In this document: piece by piece, positions 10,086 to 16,716 of the stretch | Position numbering within the stretch: position 1 is the stretch's first letter | Layout of the letters: each line of letters opens with the position of its first letter | Assembly: GCA_046861655.1 (NCBI GenBank) | Contig: JBHIAI010000028.1 | Span: 1 to 17,525, forward strand | Direction: 5' to 3' | DNA length: 17,525 bases | Source: Fidelibacterota bacterium | GTDB lineage: Bacteria > Fidelibacterota > Marinisomatia > Marinisomatales > S15-B10 | Translations under genes and position numbers: made by a program | The notes under the pieces: generated by a model | Told to the model about the DNA's origin: nothing | The model's input: only the letters and a program-made list of their open reading frames with translations | Databases searched by the model: none

Positions 10086-10110
10086 AATCCCCTGTGCATA
10101 AGACCTCCAG

Positions 10111-12084
10111 GTGATGCCCGTTTACGGAGCCACCACTCTTAATCTCGCCTTAGGACTGGCCCTGGTTACCCTGGTGGTCATGATCCTGTACGTCAAGAGG
10201 GGCGACTACCGCATGTTCCTCACCGCCCAGCGGACCGCCCTGGGCGTTTCCTTCCTGGTTCTGCTCTCAACGGTGACCCTTGTCGCCAATCTGATGAAAG
10301 GCAATTTCGACGTCGATTTTGTGGCCAGGTATACCAGCAATGCCACGCCCGCGGCGTACAAATTCGCCGCCCTCTGGGCGGGACAGTCGGGTTCCCTCCT
10401 TTTCTGGCTGCTTATCCTTTCCGTGTACAGCACGGTAGTGATTCTTCAGAACCGGGAGAGGAACCACCAGTTGATGCCCTACGTGATCCTGACGCTCACC
10501 ACCATTCAACTGTTCTTTCTGCTGGTGGTGAATTTCGTAACCAATCCCTTCAGACCTGTGGAGGCCGATTTCGTGCTTCTGGACGGCCTGGGCTTGAACC
10601 CCCTTCTCCAGAATCCCACCATGGCCATTCATCCCCCTGTGCTGTACCTGGGGTACGTGGGCTTTTCAGTCCCATTCGCTTTTGCCATTGCCGCCCTCAT
10701 GTCTCGGCGGTTGGACGCCCTGTGGGTGCGGACCGTCCGGAGATGGACGTTATTCACCTGGCTGGCCCTCGGATGTGGCATTCTTCTGGGGGGATACTGG
10801 GCGTACAACGAACTGGGGTGGGGTGGATACTGGGCATGGGACCCCGTTGAAAACGCCTCCTTCATGCCCTGGCTCACAGGTACGGCCTTTGTCCACAGCA
10901 TCATCATCCAGGAAAAGAAGAATATGCTGCGGGTGTGGAATATGGTTCTCATCATCGCCACATTCATCCTGTGCATTTTCGGGACGTTTCTGACCCGGAG
11001 CGGTATCATTTCATCCGTCCACTCCTTTACCCAGTCTTCACTCGGGCCCATGTTCCTTGGGTTTGTCCTGTTTGTCCTTGCAGTGAGTGTGATGTTGATC
11101 GTGTCCCGGTTGGACGATCTCAAATCTCCGGTGCGCATGAAGTCCTTTCTCTCCAGGGAGAGTGGATTCCTGTTCAATAACGTGGTGTTTGTCAGTCTTT
11201 GTTTTGCGGTCCTGTGGGGTACCCTGTTTCCCATTATCTCTGAAGCCATCACAGGAAGCCAGATCAGCGTGAGCATTCCGTTCTTCAACCAGATTGCCGC
11301 GCCCATCGGAATAGGTCTGCTCTTCCTGGCCGGCGTGGGACCCCTCTTGGCATGGAAGAAGACCTCAAGGGGAAGTCTCATCAAGAATTTTTCCATCCCG
11401 ACCGTCGCGGGAATCGCGGCCTTCCTTGTGTTCTTCTCTCTTGGAATCCGTGGCCTGTTTCCCCTGCTGGCCCTGTCTCTGTGCGTTTTCGTTCTCGCGA
11501 CAATCGTCCTGGAGTTCACCCGGGGGGTAAGGGTCCGCGTAAGAAAAACAGGGGAGAATCCCGTTGCGGCCCTGGTGAGTATGATTTCAAAGAACCGTTC
11601 CCGGTACGGGGGGTACATCGTTCATCTGGGGATTATCTTCATGTTCCTGGGGTTTGTGGGAAAGGCCTTTGATGCCGAAAAGGACACGACCATGAAGGTA
11701 GGGGATGAGGTTCGCCTTGCAGGATATACCTTCAGTCTGACCGGTGTGAGAGAAGAGGAAAGGCCCAACCATTATGCCTGGATTGCCTCCCTGGAGGTCT
11801 CGAAAGACGGTAGGACAGTGACCCACCTTTTCCCTGAGAAGCGTATCTACTTTCACCGGAATCCCGATCCTGACCGGAGGCAGGCCCACAGCGAACTGGA
11901 TATCCATTCCACCTTCAAAGAAGACATCTATTCCGTCTTTGGAGGCATCGATCCGGACCAGGGCCTTCTTTCCATGAAGATCATGGTGAATCGTCTCGTG
12001 CGCTGGGTGTGGGTGGGAGGGTATCTTCTTCTTGCCGGAACCCTCATTGCCCTCTGGCCTAGTCGGTCCCGGAAAGGCCGCTAG
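10111..12084 (+). CDS. ccmF: Cytochrome c heme lyase CcmF
   Basis: LWAGQSGSLLFW, GLNPLLQ, IHPP.LYLGY, WWD motif WAY.ELGWGGYWAWDPVENASFMPW, conserved His in AFVHS, SVHSF and IVHLG, and SRE..FL.NN. The start is GTG 10111 or ATG 10114. Confidence 0.97.
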   Translation: MMPVYGATTLNLALGLALVTLVVMILYVKRGDYRMFLTAQRTALGVSFLVLLSTVTLVANLMKGNFDVDFVARYTSNATPAAYKFAALWAGQSGSLLFWLLILSVYSTVVILQNRERNHQLMPYVILTLTTIQLFFLLVVNFVTNPFRPVEADFVLLDGLGLNPLLQNPTMAIHPPVLYLGYVGFSVPFAFAIAALMSRRLDALWVRTVRRWTLFTWLALGCGILLGGYWAYNELGWGGYWAWDPVENASFMPWLTGTAFVHSIIIQEKKNMLRVWNMVLIIATFILCIFGTFLTRSGIISSVHSFTQSSLGPMFLGFVLFVLAVSVMLIVSRLDDLKSPVRMKSFLSRESGFLFNNVVFVSLCFAVLWGTLFPIISEAITGSQISVSIPFFNQIAAPIGIGLLFLAGVGPLLAWKKTSRGSLIKNFSIPTVAGIAAFLVFFSLGIRGLFPLLALSLCVFVLATIVLEFTRGVRVRVRKTGENPVAALVSMISKNRSRYGGYIVHLGIIFMFLGFVGKAFDAEKDTTMKVGDEVRLAGYTFSLTGVREEERPNHYAWIASLEVSKDGRTVTHLFPEKRIYFHRNPDPDRRQAHSELDIHSTFKEDIYSVFGGIDPDQGLLSMKIMVNRLVRWVWVGGYLLLAGTLIALWPSRSRKGR

Positions 12085-12088
12085 CGCC

Positions 12089-12361
12089 ATGTTTGGCCTG
12101 TTCATGATTGTGTTGACTTTCTTTGTGGTGGGGACGTTCGTCATCCAGCCTCTCCTCCAGAAACCCATGTCCGCTCCGGCGGCCGAAGACGCTTCCGCCG
12201 ATAGCCTTATGCTGAGGAAAAAGGTGGTCTACCGCCAGATCAAAGAAGCCGAAATGGAATTCGAGATGGGCAATCTTTCCCGGGAGGATTTCGAGTCTAC
12301 CCGGAACCAGCTAAAACAGGAAGCAGCACAGATTCTGGCTGAGCTGCGCAAAAGGGGCTAA
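12089..12361 (+). CDS. Small membrane-anchored protein resembling the N-terminal (TM + helical) part of CcmI/CycH
   Basis: ATG 12089 lies 4 nt after the ccmF stop, giving 90 aa: MFGLFMIVLTFFVVGTFVIQPLL (TM), then KKVVYRQIKEAEMEFEMGNLSREDFESTRNQL, which resembles the CcmI-N pattern Y...L.E.E.D...G.L...E....R.EL. It sits inside the ccm cluster. Confidence 0.7.
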   Translation: MFGLFMIVLTFFVVGTFVIQPLLQKPMSAPAAEDASADSLMLRKKVVYRQIKEAEMEFEMGNLSREDFESTRNQLKQEAAQILAELRKRG

Positions 12362-12379
12362 GACCAGACCTGATTTGTC

Positions 12380-13015
12380 TTGCTCTCCGTCGAGGGCCTA
12401 AAAAAATCCTACCATCTCCGTCCAGTCCTGGAGGAGGTTACCTTTACCGCCTCCGAGGGCGAGACGGTGGGGATCTTTGGGAAGAACGGAGCGGGAAAGA
12501 CGACGTTACTCAGGATAATCTCCAGGATCTGCTCCCGTGACGGAGGCGAAGTAAAGCTGGATGGAAAGTCCGTTCTCGATGGACCTGCTTCCAACCGGGC
12601 CGGTATCCTCTATATGGGGCACCAGCCCAATCTGTATCCCACCCTCACCGGGGAGGAAAACCTGGCTCTGGTTTGCCGCCTCTACCGCCAGCCTGATTCC
12701 ACGGAGAAAATTCATGATGCCCTGTCCCGGACGGACCTCATGGCGCAGCGATGGGATCCCATTCGGGTCTACTCCCGGGGGATGCTGCAGCGCCTGGGGC
12801 TGGCAAAGGCCCTGGCCGTTCCCTGGAGAATCCTTCTCATGGACGAGCCAGCCACGGGCCTGGACGAACTGGGTGTTACGTTGCTGGAGTTTTCCATTCG
12901 CCAGTGGCAGGAGGAGGGGAAGACCATGATCATTGTCTCCCACGACCGTCAGTGGCTTGAACGGTACGCTTCCCGGATCCTGGAACTGAACAAAGGAGTG
13001 ATCTCAGAATCCTGA
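12380..13015 (+). CDS. ccmA: Heme-handling ABC ATPase CcmA
   Basis: Walker A GKNGAGKTT, YMGHQ..LY..LT..ENL, signature YSRGMLQRL, Walker B LLMDEP and H-loop VSHD. It lies directly before ccmB and has a TTG start. Confidence 0.92.
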   Translation: MLSVEGLKKSYHLRPVLEEVTFTASEGETVGIFGKNGAGKTTLLRIISRICSRDGGEVKLDGKSVLDGPASNRAGILYMGHQPNLYPTLTGEENLALVCRLYRQPDSTEKIHDALSRTDLMAQRWDPIRVYSRGMLQRLGLAKALAVPWRILLMDEPATGLDELGVTLLEFSIRQWQEEGKTMIIVSHDRQWLERYASRILELNKGVISES

Positions 13016-13680
13016 TGGTCTTCTCGGCCCTTTTTGCCAAGGATCTACTGGTAGAATTCCGCAGCAAGGAAATCGTCGTCTCCATGATTGCCTTCGGAGT
13101 AGCGGTCATCCTGGTCTACGCCTTCGCCTTTCAGCAGGAACAGGACGTGTTCTCAAGGTTTTCCCCGGGACTTCTTTGGACTGTTTTCCTTTTTGTGTCC
13201 GTACTGGGTCTTCACCGGTCCTTTTCCCTCGAGAAAGAATTCGATGCCTTCGGTCTGCTTCTCTCCGCACCGGTGGAACGGGTTTCTGTTTTCCTGAGCA
13301 AATGGATGAGCGGGTGCCTATTCCTGGTTGCCTCACAGATTATCATCGTTCCCCTTTTCTTTCTGTTTCTCGGTCTCCCTTTTCCCAGGAATATCTGGGC
13401 CTGGGTGGGGCTGTTCCTCCTCACCGATCTTGGCATAACGGCCCTGGGAAGTCTGGTATCGGGAATCGTTATGCGGGTCCGAATGAGTGAGATTCTTCTT
13501 CCCATCCTCCTGTTTCCGCTGGTATCCCCGTTGATGATTGCGGCTGTAAAATCCACGGACGCACTCATGAAAGGCCTGGATTTTGCTTCCTGGAGGGTCT
13601 GGCCCCAGCTTCTGGTAACTTTTGTCGTTGCCTTCGGGGTCACGGGGTACGTGGTGTTCGACTACGTGACTGAAGAATGA
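13015..13680 (+). CDS. ccmB: Heme exporter membrane subunit CcmB
   Basis: KDL.VE.RS, PGLLW, RSF..EKE, LL.AP, F.SK and ILLPILLFPL.SP, with about six TM segments. ATG overlaps the ccmA stop by 1 nt. Confidence 0.94.
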   Translation: MVFSALFAKDLLVEFRSKEIVVSMIAFGVAVILVYAFAFQQEQDVFSRFSPGLLWTVFLFVSVLGLHRSFSLEKEFDAFGLLLSAPVERVSVFLSKWMSGCLFLVASQIIIVPLFFLFLGLPFPRNIWAWVGLFLLTDLGITALGSLVSGIVMRVRMSEILLPILLFPLVSPLMIAAVKSTDALMKGLDFASWRVWPQLLVTFVVAFGVTGYVVFDYVTEE

Positions 13681-14360
13681 TGAGTTCTTATCACTCCAGG
13701 ACAAGCACCAGGGTTCTGGCCGGGGCCGTAAGCGTCATGGCAGCCGTGGCATTCTACCTGGTCCTGAAGGTGGCCAGAATCGACCCCGACCAGCAGATGG
13801 CCCAGAAGATCTTCTACTATCACGTTCCGTCCGCCTGGACCACCTTCTTGGGTTTTTTCCTGGTGATGGTGGGGGGCATCCTGTATTTGAGGACAGGTAG
13901 GGACAAGTGGGACCGGTTCAGTCTGGCCTGTGCAGAAGTGGGAACCCTTTTCTGCGTTCTGGTGTTGATCACCGGGCCCATCTGGGCCACACCGGTATGG
14001 GGAACCCCATGGAACTGGGAACCTCGACTCACCACCACCTTGATCATGTTTCTGGTCTACGTTGGCTACTTCATGCTCCGTCACTACGGCGGAAGTCCCG
14101 AGAGAATCCGACGACTGGCTGCCGTGGTGGGAATCGTGGCCTTTGTGGATGTCCCCATTGTCTATCTGTCCGTCAAAATGTGGGCGCCGGAAGTCCAGTC
14201 CCATCCTCAGCCCGAAATGGCGCAACAGCCTGGGGATGTTCTGGGAACATTCCTGTTTTCCCTGTTGACTTTTACCTTGCTGTTTGTCTATTTGGTCCGG
14301 TACCGTATCCATATACTCTCTCTGGAGTCTTCCCTGATGAAGCGGAGCTATGGCCTATAA
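13677..14360 (+). CDS. ccmC: Heme exporter / heme delivery protein CcmC
   Basis: IFYYHVPSAW (His ligand), Trp-rich motif TGPIWATPVWGTPWNWEPRLT, VP.VYLSV.MW and a second His in QSHP. Confidence 0.95.
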   Translation: MMSSYHSRTSTRVLAGAVSVMAAVAFYLVLKVARIDPDQQMAQKIFYYHVPSAWTTFLGFFLVMVGGILYLRTGRDKWDRFSLACAEVGTLFCVLVLITGPIWATPVWGTPWNWEPRLTTTLIMFLVYVGYFMLRHYGGSPERIRRLAAVVGIVAFVDVPIVYLSVKMWAPEVQSHPQPEMAQQPGDVLGTFLFSLLTFTLLFVYLVRYRIHILSLESSLMKRSYGL

Positions 14361-14505
14361 GTACTTTGGATACTTCCTCGCGGTTATCATCGTCATTCTG
14401 GCCGCGGTGGTCGGATGGGTCGCAGTCATGATATCCAAGGAGAAATCTTTGTTGCGAAAACTTGAGAGTTCGGTCCACGATTCAAGGCAGAAGGGTAAGG
14501 ACTAA
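14350..14505 (+). CDS. ccmD: Putative CcmD (small single-TM protein, 51 aa)
   Basis: Translated by hand: MAYKYFGYFLAVIIVILAAVVGWVAVMISKEKSLLRKLESSVHDSRQKGKD*. One TM helix followed by a charged tail. It overlaps the ccmC stop by 11 nt and ends 2 nt before the next ATG. Position and architecture match CcmD. Confidence 0.75.
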   Translation: MAYKYFGYFLAVIIVILAAVVGWVAVMISKEKSLLRKLESSVHDSRQKGKD

Positions 14506-14507
14506 CC

Positions 14508-15578
14508 ATGGCAAGAAAGATCGTTCACGTGGTGGGGACCGGGACCATCGGTGAACCCCTCATCGGACTCCTTGCCGACTACCAGGTTTCCCTGGGGATC
14601 GACGAGGTGACCTTCCACAAGAATTCGCCTCTTTCCCATGAAAGGGCCAAGGTGAGAGACCTCCTGGGCCGGGGAGCCCGGCTGGCGGTCTATGAAGAAG
14701 CCCAGGAAGGATTCAAGAATCTGGGTATCGATCCGGACTTTGAAGCGGAAGAAGCCATCCAGAGGGCTTCGGTGGTCATCGACTGTACCCCAAAAGGGGT
14801 GGGACACAGAAACAAATTGAGGTATTACAACAAGTTCGCCGACGGAAAGAAAGGATTTCTCGCCCAGGGAAGCGAGCACGGGTTTGGCATGAAATACGCC
14901 CGGAATATCAATGATGAGGCCCTGCAGGAAAAAAGCGATCGGCGGTTTGTTCAGATCGTCTCCTGCAACACCCACAACATCGCTGCCCTTACCAAGACCC
15001 TGGGCTGGAGAGATGGCACGGATACCCTGGAAGAGGGAAGATTCGTTTGTATCCGTAGGGCCTCCGATATCAGTCAGACGGGATCCTTCGTTCCGGCTCC
15101 GGAGGTAGGAAAGCATAGCAACTCCGAGCATGGGACCCATCACGCCAGGGATGCCGTGGAATTGTTCAAGACGATCGACTACACTCCCAACCTCTTTTCC
15201 TCAGCCATGCGGATCAATTCCCAGTACATGCACGTGCTCTGGTTCAACATCCGGCTCAGGGAAACCATCACTCTTCAACAAGTCGTCGACCGGTTCAACG
15301 CCAATCCCATGGTGGCTCTCACAGAAAGGACCACGAGCAGCAGTGTGTTTTCCTTCGGGAGGGACCACGGCCATTACGGCAGGATTCTCAACCAGACGGT
15401 AGTGGTGGTACCCACCCTGACCGTCCATATGGGCAGGGAAGTGGTGGGGTATTGCTTTACCCCCCAGGACGGCAATTCCCTGTTGAGTTCTATCGCGGCC
15501 ACCGAGTTCTTTATCCATCCCCATTCGTGGAAAGACAAGATTCAATGCCTGTCCCATCTTTTCTTTGATGAAGTTTGA
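14508..15578 (+). CDS. Archaeal-type (type II) glyceraldehyde-3-phosphate dehydrogenase-like NAD(P)-dependent oxidoreductase
   Basis: Rossmann VVGTGTIG, HKNSP, VIDCTPKGVG..N...Y, AQGSE, catalytic VSCNTH (Cys153), IRRASD and THHARD. These parallel the archaeal GAPDH motifs GYGTIG, KT.P, VDCTP, QGGE, VSCNTT, RRA.D and SHH..D. The substrate is uncertain. Confidence 0.75.
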   Translation: MARKIVHVVGTGTIGEPLIGLLADYQVSLGIDEVTFHKNSPLSHERAKVRDLLGRGARLAVYEEAQEGFKNLGIDPDFEAEEAIQRASVVIDCTPKGVGHRNKLRYYNKFADGKKGFLAQGSEHGFGMKYARNINDEALQEKSDRRFVQIVSCNTHNIAALTKTLGWRDGTDTLEEGRFVCIRRASDISQTGSFVPAPEVGKHSNSEHGTHHARDAVELFKTIDYTPNLFSSAMRINSQYMHVLWFNIRLRETITLQQVVDRFNANPMVALTERTTSSSVFSFGRDHGHYGRILNQTVVVVPTLTVHMGREVVGYCFTPQDGNSLLSSIAATEFFIHPHSWKDKIQCLSHLFFDEV

Positions 15579-15714
15579 TCCAGCTGGCACCGGCGGTTGC
15601 GGTGGCAGGTATGGGATGGATAAGGGGAGGGAGCGCCCATGTCATCCGGGGGAACCGGCAGTATCGATCGTTCCCAGCCGATGATGCGTCACAGGACGTA
15701 ACGGCCCGCATGTC

Positions 15715-16662
15715 ATGAAAGTCATCGAGTTTCTGGAATCATCCACAAGGACTCTTCTGAGTTACGAGATCATACCCCCCCTGAGGGGAGGAACCGCCCA
15801 CAGGATTTTTGATCTGGTGGAAGAACTGATGCCGTTCGAACCGCCTTTCATCGATATCACGAGCCGGTCGGCAGAAGTGTACGACCAGAAACTGCCTGAT
15901 GGAACGGTCAGACGCCGGGTGAGGCGGAAACGGCCGGGAACCATCGGACTGAGCGCCGCCATCAAAAACCGCTACAACGTGGAAACGGTGCCTCATATTC
16001 TGTGCAGGGGATTCACCCAGGAGGAGACGGAGGATGCTCTCATTGAGCTGAACTATCTGGGGATCGATAACGTCCTGGCTGTCACAGGGGATGACACCGG
16101 AAGGGGAAACCCCGGCGGTGAATACGATACCGTGAATCGGTACGCCAACGAGCTGGTGGAACAAATAGTGAACATGAACCGGGGTATCTATCTGGAGGCA
16201 CTGGAGGATTCCCATCCCACCGATTTTTGCATCGGGGTGGGAGGGTATCCCGAGAAGCACAGGGATTCCCCTGATCTGGAATCCGACATCGAGTTCCTGA
16301 AGAAAAAAGTCAACCTGGGAGCCCACTATATCGTTACCCAGATGTTTTTCGATAACGCCGCCTATTTCCCGTTTGTGGAAAAGTGCAAACGGGCCGGCAT
16401 CGATGTGCCCATCATTCCGGGATTGAAAATCCTGACGTCTAAACGTCATCTGACCATGCTTCCCCAAATATTTGACGTCCAGGTTCCGGAACCGCTGGCA
16501 TCCAGGGTTCGAGAATCTCCCGGGGAGGAAGTCAAACAGATTGGGATAGACTGGGCTCTGGATCAGTGCCAGGAACTGCTTCAGGCCAGGGTCCCCTGCA
16601 TACACTTCTATATCATGCAGGACGCTAAGACGGTCGCCAAGATCGTTTCCCGGATCCGGTAG
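15715..16662 (+). CDS. metF: 5,10-methylenetetrahydrofolate reductase
   Basis: SYEIIPP (catalytic Glu), FIDIT, RKRPGT, VPHILCRG, LAVTGD, GGYPEKH, K...GA.YIVTQMFFD, PIIPG and HFY.M. Confidence 0.95.
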   Translation: MKVIEFLESSTRTLLSYEIIPPLRGGTAHRIFDLVEELMPFEPPFIDITSRSAEVYDQKLPDGTVRRRVRRKRPGTIGLSAAIKNRYNVETVPHILCRGFTQEETEDALIELNYLGIDNVLAVTGDDTGRGNPGGEYDTVNRYANELVEQIVNMNRGIYLEALEDSHPTDFCIGVGGYPEKHRDSPDLESDIEFLKKKVNLGAHYIVTQMFFDNAAYFPFVEKCKRAGIDVPIIPGLKILTSKRHLTMLPQIFDVQVPEPLASRVRESPGEEVKQIGIDWALDQCQELLQARVPCIHFYIMQDAKTVAKIVSRIR

Positions 16663-16716
16663 AAATCCCAGGCGTTTGTCGGCCACTGTCCCCATTTTAT
16701 CGTAAATTAGACTCCT

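Noticed and set aside
12032..12088. ORF-track start at 12032 for the CcmI-N-like ORF
   Set aside because: It overlaps ccmF by 53 nt. ATG 12089, 4 nt after the ccmF stop, begins directly with the TM helix.
15576..15623. TGA followed by a hairpin as a selenocysteine codon with SECIS
   Set aside because: Read-through would add only a short nondescript tail (SSWHRRLRWQVWDG) before TAA. The catalytic Cys is already present, and the protein is full length for its family.
15579..15714. Canonical SAM-I, SAH or cobalamin riboswitch upstream of metF
   Set aside because: I could not find the SAM-I core (AUC...GAGGGA...GCAACC...GUGC...GAU) or a convincing B12 box by eye. An Rfam scan is needed to exclude other classes.
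24..16695. Long minus-strand ORFs (24-1085, 4917-6077, 7886-8839, 10629-11618, 15739-16695 and others)
   Set aside because: They are antisense shadows of well-supported + strand genes, typical of GC-rich coding DNA, and have no recognisable motifs.
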